DNA of 64,000 bases from an uncultured Peptoniphilaceae bacterium (GCA_964533865.1 CAZHRC010000001.1:218159-282158); one strand, 5' to 3'; positions 47,270-56,597 are shown, counted from the first letter of the stretch. Translations and numbers: made by a program. The notes: generated from the letters alone by a model not told the origin.

Positions 47270-48104
47270 AAATACTGCCCTTGTTTTAGAAGGGGGAGGT
47301 GCAAGAGCTGCTTTTAGCGCTGGTGTAATCGACACAATGTTACAAGAAGGCATCTTGTTTGATTTATGTGTCGGCGTATCCGCTGGCGCCATTGTCGGTA
47401 TGCATTACGTCTCTAATCAATCTTCACGGCTTCTTCAATTTCCAGAGGCGCTATTATTAGAATACGCAAAGGTGGGGAATCCTCAAGACCGTATAGATAT
47501 GGTTGACATATATCATCGTGTAAGCGAGCATCTAGAACCCTTTGATTTTAACCGCTTTTTCACAACCCAAACGGATTTTTCTTGCAATATGGTACAGGCG
47601 ATTAACGCAAACGTCACTTATGTAGAAAAGGAAGAAATGACATCACTCGAAAAACTCGTTTCTGCTGTTATGGCTTCATCCAGTCTACCAGAAATAGCTA
47701 AACCCGTTAAAATTTCGGGAAACCCATATTACGATGGTGGATTGGTTGAACCTCTCCCCGTAAAACGATGTCTCAATAAGGGTTTGAAGACGGTGGTCGT
47801 ACTCACTCAAGATATCAGCTATAGAAAGACGAAGCCCTATCTCATTCCAGAAGACGTGGCTAAGGACTATCCCTACTTGGTATCAGAAATCAACAGTCGC
47901 AATTTACGTTATAATGCTACGCTGGATGAAATCAGCAAACTTGAAGATGCTAATAGTCTTTTTGTATTCAGACCAAGTGAACCAGTCGAAGTATCGGTTA
48001 TTGAGCCTCGTCGTTCAAAACTTAAATCACTGTATCTCGACGGACGAAAACAGTCGTTGCAGCGTATCGACCTGTTGCGTCGCTTTTTGAAGTGCAATGA
48101 TTAA
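47259..48104 (+). CDS. Patatin-like phospholipase
   Basis: Oxyanion LEGGGARAAF, nucleophile GVSAGA, and dyad Asp in YYDGGL. Confidence 0.85.
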   Translation: MFYENTALVLEGGGARAAFSAGVIDTMLQEGILFDLCVGVSAGAIVGMHYVSNQSSRLLQFPEALLLEYAKVGNPQDRIDMVDIYHRVSEHLEPFDFNRFFTTQTDFSCNMVQAINANVTYVEKEEMTSLEKLVSAVMASSSLPEIAKPVKISGNPYYDGGLVEPLPVKRCLNKGLKTVVVLTQDISYRKTKPYLIPEDVAKDYPYLVSEINSRNLRYNATLDEISKLEDANSLFVFRPSEPVEVSVIEPRRSKLKSLYLDGRKQSLQRIDLLRRFLKCND

Positions 48105-49143
48105 CATTGTTCACGTCGGAGATGTCCACCTTGGGAGAACCTTTAGGTTTGTCAATTATGATAAATTATTAATTGAAAAAAGACGAGAAGCGATTTGGAT
48201 TTCATTTGAAAATGTGCTGCGCTACGCCGATGAAAATGCGGATTTTCTCATTTTCACCGGTGATTTATTTGATAGTGCAGATGTAGATCACCATCATCTC
48301 TCGAGAGTCGTCTCTCTATTTTCAAAATACAGTAATGTCCGCATTGTTATCATCCCTGGAAATCACGATGAATCAATGGTGGGCACCTTGTCATTTTATT
48401 TAGAAGAATGCACTCATGTTTTCCTTATGAGTGAGCTCAGCCTGCCACTTATAGAATTTCCTCATGAGCGGATTAGATTTCATTATATGAATCATGCCAC
48501 ATCACTCTCTAAGACAAAGGAGTGGATAGATGTGGGCTTGTTCCACGGCGACTGGAATGAGATCCATGAAGCTACGCGATTACAATACGATTATCTTGCG
48601 TTAGGACATATTCACCAGCCCACACAATTATCGTATAATGCATGGTATCCAGGCATCCTAGAACCGGGTGACTTTGGTGAACTTGGAGCTCACGGATGGG
48701 TGAATGTCACATTTTCTAATACTATGACAACTGAGTTTATATCGGCATCCATTGGGTATTTTCATACGTTAAAAGTCGATGTTACCAATGCCTTAAACAT
48801 AGTCGATATTATCGATCGCGTTATTGCTAAAAGACATCTTATGCCTCAAACCTCATCATTGTACCTGCGAGTCGATCTCGTCGGTGAGCATCAATTAGAT
48901 CAAACTATTGAAATTGATGGGATACGCGAACATCTCGCAGGTCTTGCAGATTATGTTGAAGTCCGTAATTTAAGTCAGAATCGCATGCCTGTCGATTATC
49001 TACAAATCACCAGTGATAATACGATAGTGGGCGAGTTTATACGTTCGATGAGGGAACTTGATAAAGATCCACTGGCAATGCTTGCCTTGGATTTCGGTTT
49101 GCGCGCGCTTTTGAAGGATCAGAACAATGAACAGAACCCATAG
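48097..49143 (+). CDS. SbcD/Mre11-like metallophosphoesterase (YhaO/SbcF-like)
   Basis: Motifs VHVGDVHLG, FTGDLFD, IPGNHD and LALGHIH. It overlaps the patatin stop by 8 nt. Confidence 0.8.
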   Translation: MINIVHVGDVHLGRTFRFVNYDKLLIEKRREAIWISFENVLRYADENADFLIFTGDLFDSADVDHHHLSRVVSLFSKYSNVRIVIIPGNHDESMVGTLSFYLEECTHVFLMSELSLPLIEFPHERIRFHYMNHATSLSKTKEWIDVGLFHGDWNEIHEATRLQYDYLALGHIHQPTQLSYNAWYPGILEPGDFGELGAHGWVNVTFSNTMTTEFISASIGYFHTLKVDVTNALNIVDIIDRVIAKRHLMPQTSSLYLRVDLVGEHQLDQTIEIDGIREHLAGLADYVEVRNLSQNRMPVDYLQITSDNTIVGEFIRSMRELDKDPLAMLALDFGLRALLKDQNNEQNP

Positions 49144-51175
49144 GATCAGTCACATTCATTTATCGGCGTTTGGAACCCATTCTAATCGCTCCATCACGTT
49201 TAAGAATGGGATCAATATCGTTTACGGACACAACGAATCGGGTAAGTCGACTATAGCACATTTTTTGGAAGGAATGCTCTATGATTTTGTTAAACCCGGA
49301 ATGAAAGTTCAACGATACGATGCACTACTTGATCGCTTTCGACCGTGGACTGGGGACAGCTATAAAGGATCTCTTACCTACCAAATCGATGAGGTAAAGT
49401 ATCGCATCGAACGCGATTTTAATCGTCATGAAGTCCAAATGATTAACGTCGAAACATTAGAGCCCATAAGATTTTCTTATCCTAAAACGCCAGGAGATTG
49501 GCTACTAAAGGTTAATAGAGGGGTATTTAGCAGTACGATAAACCAGCATCAGTCGAGTTCTTTCATGGATAGAACAGAAGTGGAGACTGTAAACGATCTT
49601 CTCGTGAATCTTGGTTCTTCAATGGACAGAGGCATTTCTGTACAACGAGTGATAAAGGACCTTTTACAGCAAAAAGAAGATATTGGTACCTATCGATCTC
49701 GTACCAAGCCCCTAGGGTTACTCAATGAGAGATTAAAATCCTTGAGTAAGGAGCGCCTGTCCCTAGAAGTTCGTCTTCAAGACAGCAAAAAAAATCGTGC
49801 TAAACTTAGAGAATTGGATGAGAATCTACTTATCAAAAGAGATGAGCTTAATACACTAAAAAAAGAACAGGAGAAATTGTATAACAAACTCGATGTTATG
49901 AGAGCTCAAGAGCTAGCGGATTTGAAGAATCAACTTGACGAAATTAGTCATCAGATCACGAATGAAATCGGAGAATCGCTTACTCCATCAACTTACTACC
50001 GAGTTCATCAACTCAAAGACGAGATCGATGATATTAATTCTCAGCAAACCCGGCTTCAAACGCAGCTAAGAGAGGTGGAAAGCGAGCGTTCTCGTGAACG
50101 CATTTTTATGACAGGACAAAAATTGATGTTTATTAGACCACTTGAGATCGTGATTATCGCTTTTCTACTATATTTTATCTTGCCTTTTTCTATAGACCTA
50201 AAAGTGATCACAGCGATTGGGTTAGCATTGCTGTACGGTACTGGTCGCTATGTCATACTGAGAAGAAAGAATGCAAACATCCGAAGAAATGATCTTGAAG
50301 AGAGACGATCGACACTTACCTATGAACTAAATGAACAAAAAAAGATTAAGTATGACAAAAGCTTACAAATAGACCATTTATTACAAAGTTTTAATATTCA
50401 AAGGGTCGAGCAATTAGATGGGTTGTATGCTCGACAAGAAGAGGAAAAGAAATTTTCATTGCAAGCAAGGGAAATTCGTTATAAAATTGCTGTTATCGAA
50501 GACAATGGTCGCGGGTATTTTCCAACACCAGAACTACGCAAAGAGTTGGATGACATAACGACAAACATCGATCAACTAAGTGTTATGATTCGAGATATTG
50601 AATTCGATAGAAATACATTGGTCCTTCAAGTGACACAAGAAGACGCGGCTAAGAATGCTCACACTGAAATCGTTGAAGAATTATACGCCATAGAATTACG
50701 AATCAAGCAGCTGATGATGAAATCTGACGCGCTGAGTTTCGCGATCTCTGGTATCGAAAAAGCAGTATCGGTTTTGCTAAAAAACAATAAGGCACAATTA
50801 AAACACCACGTTACAGAAGGGATGTCTACTATTACGAATGCGAAGTATACGCAATCGCTTCTCGATGATGAGCTAGGATTACATGTGTTCAAAGATGGCG
50901 GAATGCCAGTTCCCATTTCCATTTTGAGCAAAGGCACAATGGATCAATTTTTGCTTTGCTTAAGGCTCGCTTTGGTAAAAGTGTTGTACACGGATCAGGT
51001 TTTTATGGTGTTCGATGATCCATTTAGTGATTATGATGACACGCGATTGAAACGAACATTAAAGCTCATTGTAGAAGAAAGTTGTACTCGTCAGATCATT
51101 ATTTTTACGAGTCAACAACGCGAAAGGCGTGCGCTAGACGAAATTGGAGAAAACTACCATTATGTGGTATTGTAA
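49127..51175 (+). CDS. SMC/SbcC-like ATPase with a central membrane hairpin (YhaN/SbcE-like)
   Basis: N-terminal Walker A GHNESGKST, long heptad-rich K/E/L/Q regions, two hydrophobic helices at about 50141-50262, and C-terminal Walker B FMVFDDPFSDYD. It overlaps the previous gene by 17 nt. Confidence 0.75.
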   Translation: MNRTHRISHIHLSAFGTHSNRSITFKNGINIVYGHNESGKSTIAHFLEGMLYDFVKPGMKVQRYDALLDRFRPWTGDSYKGSLTYQIDEVKYRIERDFNRHEVQMINVETLEPIRFSYPKTPGDWLLKVNRGVFSSTINQHQSSSFMDRTEVETVNDLLVNLGSSMDRGISVQRVIKDLLQQKEDIGTYRSRTKPLGLLNERLKSLSKERLSLEVRLQDSKKNRAKLRELDENLLIKRDELNTLKKEQEKLYNKLDVMRAQELADLKNQLDEISHQITNEIGESLTPSTYYRVHQLKDEIDDINSQQTRLQTQLREVESERSRERIFMTGQKLMFIRPLEIVIIAFLLYFILPFSIDLKVITAIGLALLYGTGRYVILRRKNANIRRNDLEERRSTLTYELNEQKKIKYDKSLQIDHLLQSFNIQRVEQLDGLYARQEEEKKFSLQAREIRYKIAVIEDNGRGYFPTPELRKELDDITTNIDQLSVMIRDIEFDRNTLVLQVTQEDAAKNAHTEIVEELYAIELRIKQLMMKSDALSFAISGIEKAVSVLLKNNKAQLKHHVTEGMSTITNAKYTQSLLDDELGLHVFKDGGMPVPISILSKGTMDQFLLCLRLALVKVLYTDQVFMVFDDPFSDYDDTRLKRTLKLIVEESCTRQIIIFTSQQRERRALDEIGENYHYVVL

Positions 51176-51187
51176 GGTGGTGATGTT

Positions 51188-51868
51188 ATGATTTATGCTA
51201 TATCCGATCTTCATCTGGATTATACAGGAAATAAGAGCATGGATGTTTTCGGCGAAAACTGGGTAGATTATGAAAATCGAATTTTCACCAATTGGCAAAA
51301 TACCGTTCATTCAGAAGATATTGTATTAGTTCCTGGGGATATTTCTTGGCAAATGTCTCTTGATCACGCGCGTATCGATCTCGAAAAAATCGAGGAATTG
51401 CCAGGTACTAAACTTATCCTTCGAGGCAATCACGATTATTGGTGGTCCTCGTTGAAAAAAATAAAAGAGGCTGGATTCAAAACCATAGAAGTGGTGCAAA
51501 ACAGCTCTTTTGCGTATGCTGATTGGTCAATCGCAGGAACTCGTGGGTGGATGGATCCGACTTCAACGGGTTTTTTGGATGAGGATCTTAAAGTTTGGCA
51601 GCGAGAGCTGCTGAGATTGCGAATGAGTTTAGATACTTGTGTTAAAGATAGACGCATAGTAATGCTCCACTACCCCCCTTTCAACAAACAAGGAGAACCT
51701 AATGAGTTCGCTGAGATTATGAGTGAGTACGGTGTAGAAATCTGTGTTTATGGTCATTTGCATGGGGAAGGTCTTTACAGTGTGGTAGAAGGGGTATACG
51801 ATAGTATCCAATACCATTGTATTTCGTCTGATTATCTACAGTTTATACCAAAAAAAATAGGAGAGTAG
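51188..51868 (+). CDS. Calcineurin-like metallophosphoesterase
   Basis: Motifs ISDLHLD, VPGDISW, RGNHDYWW and VYGHLHG. RBS AAGGTGG. Confidence 0.8.
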   Translation: MIYAISDLHLDYTGNKSMDVFGENWVDYENRIFTNWQNTVHSEDIVLVPGDISWQMSLDHARIDLEKIEELPGTKLILRGNHDYWWSSLKKIKEAGFKTIEVVQNSSFAYADWSIAGTRGWMDPTSTGFLDEDLKVWQRELLRLRMSLDTCVKDRRIVMLHYPPFNKQGEPNEFAEIMSEYGVEICVYGHLHGEGLYSVVEGVYDSIQYHCISSDYLQFIPKKIGE

Positions 51869-51871
51869 CGT

Positions 51872-52579
51872 ATGAAAATAATAGTAGCTAAAGATTATGA
51901 AGAAATGAGTAGGTTATGTGGAGAGCTAATCGCAGAATCCATAAAAGAGAATCCAAAGATCACCCTGGGCTTAGCTACGGGTTCAACGCCTATTGGCACC
52001 TATAAAACATTAATAGACGCACATCAATCAGGATTGGATTTATCACAGGTAACCACTTTCAACTTGGATGAATACAAGGGGTTGGAAAATGACAACGATC
52101 AAAGCTATCATTACTTTATGAAGACTGAATTGCTTGACCATGTCAATATCAATTCTGACAATACGTTTTTTCCAAACGATTTTGCCAATCCTGCAGATTA
52201 TGACGATGTGATTGCTGAAAAGGGTGGCATTGATCTTCAATTACTGGGCATTGGCAATAATGGCCATCTCGCTTTTAACGAGCCCGGAGAAAAGTTAAAT
52301 GTCAAAACGTCATTGGTCGATTTAGCGGATTCCACAATCTTGGCAAATGCGAGATTCTTCGATAAGATTGACGAAGTGCCTACTCAAGCCATCTCGATGG
52401 GGATGGGGACTATTTTTAATGCAAAACGCTTGGTCATCATAGCTGCGGGAAGCGCCAAAAGAGAAGCGATTCAAATGCTAAAAGATCAGTCCCTAATCAC
52501 AACACTATGCCCTGTCACTATTGCTTTACTTCATCCCGATGTTACCCTCATCGTCGATAAGGAAGCTTATGGGGATTAA
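51872..52579 (+). CDS. nagB: Glucosamine-6-phosphate deaminase
   Basis: LGLATGSTP and FNLDEY motifs, with a typical length of 235 aa. Confidence 0.92.
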   Translation: MKIIVAKDYEEMSRLCGELIAESIKENPKITLGLATGSTPIGTYKTLIDAHQSGLDLSQVTTFNLDEYKGLENDNDQSYHYFMKTELLDHVNINSDNTFFPNDFANPADYDDVIAEKGGIDLQLLGIGNNGHLAFNEPGEKLNVKTSLVDLADSTILANARFFDKIDEVPTQAISMGMGTIFNAKRLVIIAAGSAKREAIQMLKDQSLITTLCPVTIALLHPDVTLIVDKEAYGD

Positions 52580-53123
52580 CAACGAACGCGAGAAAGAAGT
52601 GAAAATCTTGGGGATTGATGTTGAGGACATGAAAAAACAAATCCTTGAGAACGGTGGTATTTTTATTGAAGAAGAGTATCAAAAGAATACTGTCGTCGAT
52701 TCTTCGCAGTTCAATTTGATCCCAGAAAAAAGTTATTTGCGCATTCGAACGGCAGTGTCAGGACACAACAATATCGTACACACTTTAACGTACAAACGCA
52801 ACATCCCCAATACTGAAGTCAGAGAAAATCAAGAGACCACTGTCTATATCGACAATCCCGATGCCATGATCACTTTGTTAAAAAAGATCGGATTTGACCA
52901 ATTTACGACTGGGGAGAAAAAACGCATTCGTTATCAATTGGCAAATGGTATATTAGAAATTGATCAATGGGATGAACAGACGTATCCGTACCCATATATG
53001 GAGATAGAAGTAAAGTCAGAAGAGGATTTAAAGCATATATTGGAAGTGCTTAAAATCGACAGCAACCAAATTAGTCTCCTTTCTATTACTGAACTTCAAG
53101 AACAACTCAAAAAAAGGAGATGA
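52569..53123 (+). CDS. CYTH-domain protein (CyaB/ThTPase fold)
   Basis: ExExK signature in EKEVKILGID. ATG 52569 follows AAGGAAG and overlaps the nagB end. Confidence 0.75.
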   Translation: MGINNEREKEVKILGIDVEDMKKQILENGGIFIEEEYQKNTVVDSSQFNLIPEKSYLRIRTAVSGHNNIVHTLTYKRNIPNTEVRENQETTVYIDNPDAMITLLKKIGFDQFTTGEKKRIRYQLANGILEIDQWDEQTYPYPYMEIEVKSEEDLKHILEVLKIDSNQISLLSITELQEQLKKRR

Positions 53124-53129
53124 TGAATT

Positions 53130-53939
53130 TTGAGAGCATTATTACCTCATAAACAAAGAATTGTCGTGAAAGTCGGTTCATCGACGATTACTCACGCCTC
53201 TGGAACCATTAATCTTCCGAGATTTAACGATCTAGCATGGGAATTGGCAAATCTTAAAAACAATGGTAAAGATGTGGTTCTTGTTTCTTCTGGTGCGATC
53301 AGTTGCGGTGCTAGACGATTGAATATGTCTGAGCGTCCACGAGATAGCCAAGGAAAGCAAGCGACCTCCTCTGTCGGACAAGTCGTCCTTATGAATATGT
53401 ATCAAAAGTGTTTTCAAGAGTATGGCTATAATGCAGGCCAATTATTGCTCACTCGTGAAATTGAGACCGATAAAGTAATGCAAAATCACGCTCACGATAC
53501 CTTTGAAATGCTTTTTACAATGAATGTTATACCTGTTGTCAACGAGAACGACACCATATCAACAGAAGAAATCGAGTTTGGGGATAATGACAGCCTATCA
53601 GCGTATGTGGCAAGGCTTGTCGGGGCGGATTTACTGATCCTTTTATCGGATATTGACGGCCTATATACCGACGATCCTAACCTTAACCCGGAAGCAGAGT
53701 TTATAGATTTTGTTGAAGATGTCAACGCTTTAGATGCAACAATTGCAAAAGATTCCTCGTCAAATCAAGGCACTGGCGGGATGATCACAAAATTGAATGC
53801 TGCAAGACTAGCAACCAGCCAAGGAATTGACGTCGTGATTGCAAATGGGGACAACATACACGCCATTTCCGATATCATGAAAGGTGAGAATATCGGAACG
53901 CTGTTTAGGGGATCTCAAATCGCGTTTAAAGGAAACTAA
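53130..53939 (+). CDS. proB: Glutamate 5-kinase (short form, no PUA domain)
   Basis: Motifs VVKVGSSTIT, VLVSSGAI, GDNDSLSAYVA and GTGGMITKLNAA. TTG start after AAGGAG. Confidence 0.9.
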   Translation: MRALLPHKQRIVVKVGSSTITHASGTINLPRFNDLAWELANLKNNGKDVVLVSSGAISCGARRLNMSERPRDSQGKQATSSVGQVVLMNMYQKCFQEYGYNAGQLLLTREIETDKVMQNHAHDTFEMLFTMNVIPVVNENDTISTEEIEFGDNDSLSAYVARLVGADLLILLSDIDGLYTDDPNLNPEAEFIDFVEDVNALDATIAKDSSSNQGTGGMITKLNAARLATSQGIDVVIANGDNIHAISDIMKGENIGTLFRGSQIAFKGN

Positions 53940-53992
53940 GTCTGTAGTGGTCAATACACTCAGATAAGTATATATTTCAGAAAGGCTAGGAT

Positions 53993-55240
53993 ATGACGAC
54001 ACTATTAGAAATCGGCAAACGCGCCAAAATCGCTAGTTTTGCCATAGCTCAAGCAGACGTCAATACGAAGAATCATCTACTGAGGACGATCGGTAAAAAC
54101 TTGCTCAAACACGAACAGCGTATCTTGGATGCGAATGTCATTGATATTGAAGAAGGTCGAAAAAACGGATTGAGTGAAGGCTTGATCGATCGCTTGCTTC
54201 TCACTTCTGAACGGATTAAGGGAATGGTCGATGGGATTGATGTCGTTATCAAGCTCGAAGATCCCATAGATTCTATGGATGGAATGAAGCGATTGCCAAA
54301 TAACTTGCGCATTGGAAAAGTAAGGGTGCCGCTTGGCGTAGTAGGTATTATTTATGAATCTCGTCCAAATGTCACCATAGAAACGACAGCGTTGTGTTTA
54401 AAATCATCTAATGCCCTCATATTACGTGGCGGTAAAGAAGCTATTCGCTCGAATATTGCTTTAGTAGAAATCGTTCGCGAGTCATTGGTAGAGTGTGGCA
54501 TCGATCCTCATTGTGTACAACTCATCGAAGATCAATCTTATGATGTCGCAAATGCATTTATGCGCCTAAATGAGTATCTGGATGTTTTGATTCCGCGAGG
54601 AAGTCAAAGATTAATCCAAAGTGTGGTACAAAATGCGACTGTGCCCATTATTGAAACCGGCGTTGGAAATTGCCACGTTTACATCGATGAGACCGCTAAT
54701 ATGGAAATAGCCCTCAACATCATTCGAAACGCAAAAACCCAGCGCATAGGTGTTTGTAACGCGATGGAAAGTTTACTGGTTCACGAATCTCGAGCTGAGG
54801 AACTGACGGTGAAATTGCGTGATTTTCTGTCGGATTATCACGTTATCGTAAAAGGTGACGATCTTTCAAGATCCTATGATCCTTTAATCGAGGAAGCTAC
54901 AGAAGAGGATTGGGGAAAAGAGTATTTAGATTACTGTTACTCCCAAAAAGTTGTTTCTTCACTTCAAGAAGCAATTTCCCATATCAATGAATACGGCTCT
55001 GGACATTCAGAAGTGATCATAACTGAAAGCTATGAGAGCGCAATGAGCTTTACTCAACAAGTCGATGCGGCTTGTGTCTACGTTAACGCTTCGAGTCGAT
55101 TCACTGATGGCTTTGAGTTTGGCATGGGAGCAGAGATGGGAATTTCAACACAAAAGCTACATGCTAGAGGACCGATCGGTCTAGTAGAGTTGACCACGAC
55201 AAAATACGTTATTTTAGGACAAGGTCAAATCCGTCCTTAG
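53993..55240 (+). CDS. proA: Gamma-glutamyl phosphate reductase
   Basis: Motifs ESRPNV, ETGVGNCHVYID and CNAMESLLVH. Confidence 0.93.
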   Translation: MTTLLEIGKRAKIASFAIAQADVNTKNHLLRTIGKNLLKHEQRILDANVIDIEEGRKNGLSEGLIDRLLLTSERIKGMVDGIDVVIKLEDPIDSMDGMKRLPNNLRIGKVRVPLGVVGIIYESRPNVTIETTALCLKSSNALILRGGKEAIRSNIALVEIVRESLVECGIDPHCVQLIEDQSYDVANAFMRLNEYLDVLIPRGSQRLIQSVVQNATVPIIETGVGNCHVYIDETANMEIALNIIRNAKTQRIGVCNAMESLLVHESRAEELTVKLRDFLSDYHVIVKGDDLSRSYDPLIEEATEEDWGKEYLDYCYSQKVVSSLQEAISHINEYGSGHSEVIITESYESAMSFTQQVDAACVYVNASSRFTDGFEFGMGAEMGISTQKLHARGPIGLVELTTTKYVILGQGQIRP

Positions 55241-55247
55241 AAAGAGT

Positions 55248-55280
55248 AAAGCTGCCTCAAAACTGAGGCAGCTTTAATTC
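55248..55280. terminator. Bidirectional terminator after proA
   Basis: aaagctgcctca aaac tgaggcagcttt. Confidence 0.8.
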
Positions 55281-55282
55281 TG

Positions 55283-55480
55283 TTATTTTGGATTTTCGTT
55301 ATCTACCCAATCCATGGCTTCTTCCACGGAGGTCTCGGTTGGATAGGCTACACCTGTGTCAGGATCGACGGATTCAGTCTTTGAGTAGACGTCAGTAGCA
55401 GTTTCTTCAATTTTAGATTCTAAATGCTCTTTGAATGTGCCTTCAGCGGGTTCTCTTTTGTCTTTTCCATTATCAACCAT
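55283..55480 (-). CDS. 65-aa acidic hypothetical protein
   Basis: RBS AAGGAGG on the minus strand just upstream of the ATG. The gene is isolated between a terminator and a divergent promoter region. Confidence 0.45.
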   Translation of the reverse strand: MVDNGKDKREPAEGTFKEHLESKIEETATDVYSKTESVDPDTGVAYPTETSVEEAMDWVDNENPK

Positions 55481-55599
55481 GTTAGTGCCTCCTTAAGTTA
55501 ATCTATGAACATCTTATACCCAATGTTCAACACTTTTAAAAGGTTAATGGTATAATTAAGAAGAATCGTTAAATTTTGAGAATTCTTGGGAGGGTGAAC

Positions 55600-56409
55600 A
55601 TGTATAAAATGATCGCGTTGGATATGGATGGAACAACATTGAATCCAGATCACATCATATCTGAACGCAACAAGAATGCCATTCTAGCGGCAAAAAAAAA
55701 TGGTGCTATCGTCGTGTTGAGTTCTGGGAGGGAACCTAAGTCCATGATTGCATTTGCGAAAGCTCTTGAAATCGATGGTTTGATCTCCTGTATGAACGGT
55801 TCGATAGTTTATGATGTGAGGACAGGGGAAACATTGCTCAATAAGACGATGGATGGCTCAGATGTTTATGAAATCGTCGAACATATTAAATCAAACAATA
55901 TTAGTCCTGTACTATTTTCTGGTAACGAAATTTACGTTGAGACAGATGAGGATTTCTTTACGAACCTGATGAATAAATTCACAACACATCCCGCAGAAGT
56001 TGTAGGAAATCTTGAAATGTTTTTACATGAAACAGGATTGTCCACTGAAATTCACAAGCTTGGAGCGATGCAAGAATTCGATATTTTAAAGGTCTTTCGC
56101 AAAGATATGAATGAACAAATGGGTGACCGACTAAATATTTTGTTTTCTTTGCCTTTTAATTTGGAGATTTTCCGTCGGGATGTCACCAAAGGATCAGCGC
56201 TAAAATTTATTGCAGATTATTACAAGGTCAAGCAGGAACAAATTATTGCTGTAGGGGATGGGGAGAATGATATTGGCATGTTATTATATGCAGGAAAGGG
56301 TATTGCCATGGGTAATGCGATGGAATCGGTATACGAATACGCTGATGAAGTAACGGGATCTAATAAAGATGATGGTGTCGCACAGGTGATTGAAAAATAT
56401 CTTTTGTGA
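55600..56409 (+). CDS. Cof-type HAD-IIB phosphatase
   Basis: Motif I ALDMDGTTL and motif IV GDGENDIGM. ATG 55600 follows GGGAGGG. Confidence 0.85.
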   Translation: MYKMIALDMDGTTLNPDHIISERNKNAILAAKKNGAIVVLSSGREPKSMIAFAKALEIDGLISCMNGSIVYDVRTGETLLNKTMDGSDVYEIVEHIKSNNISPVLFSGNEIYVETDEDFFTNLMNKFTTHPAEVVGNLEMFLHETGLSTEIHKLGAMQEFDILKVFRKDMNEQMGDRLNILFSLPFNLEIFRRDVTKGSALKFIADYYKVKQEQIIAVGDGENDIGMLLYAGKGIAMGNAMESVYEYADEVTGSNKDDGVAQVIEKYLL

Positions 56410-56530
56410 CAACTGGAATCATAATTTAGGTTTCATTTCACAACGAACGATACAGGCGATTTTTATTATGGATGCTACGGGAAAGCAAAGGGGCTATGCT
56501 TTTTTTACCCCTTTTTCCTCTGCTAGATAA

Positions 56531-56559
56531 TTGACACACCTAAAGGTTTATGGTATTCT
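56531..56559 (+). promoter_or_regulatory. pyr operon promoter TTGACA-17-(TGg)TATTCT
   Basis: -35 at 56531-56536, extended -10 at 56551-56559. This leaves only about a 30-nt leader before the pyrB ATG. Confidence 0.55.
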
Positions 56560-56597
56560 TTAAAAAATGTATATGGCTTACAAATGGGAGGTTGTCA

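Noticed and set aside
46640-51868. Classifying the orphan / patatin / SbcD-like / SMC-like block as Lamassu or CBASS.
   Set aside because: There is no CD-NTase-like protein (no GS...DxD nucleotidyltransferase motif). The SMC-like protein looks like housekeeping YhaN with TM helices rather than LmuB. There are no neighbouring mobile or defence genes. It is reported only as an architecture-based hypothesis.
53124-53129. T-box leader upstream of proBA, as in B. subtilis.
   Set aside because: The intergenic gap is only 6 nt. proB is coupled to the preceding CYTH gene.
56461-56523. A 20-codon ORF (MDATGKQRGYAFFTPFSSAR) with two mutually exclusive hairpins and pyrimidine runs, considered as a pyr leader peptide/attenuator.
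   Set aside because: It has no RBS. It also lies upstream of, not downstream from, the strong TTGACA/TGgTATTCT promoter. It is more simply the weak terminator region of the Cof-type gene.
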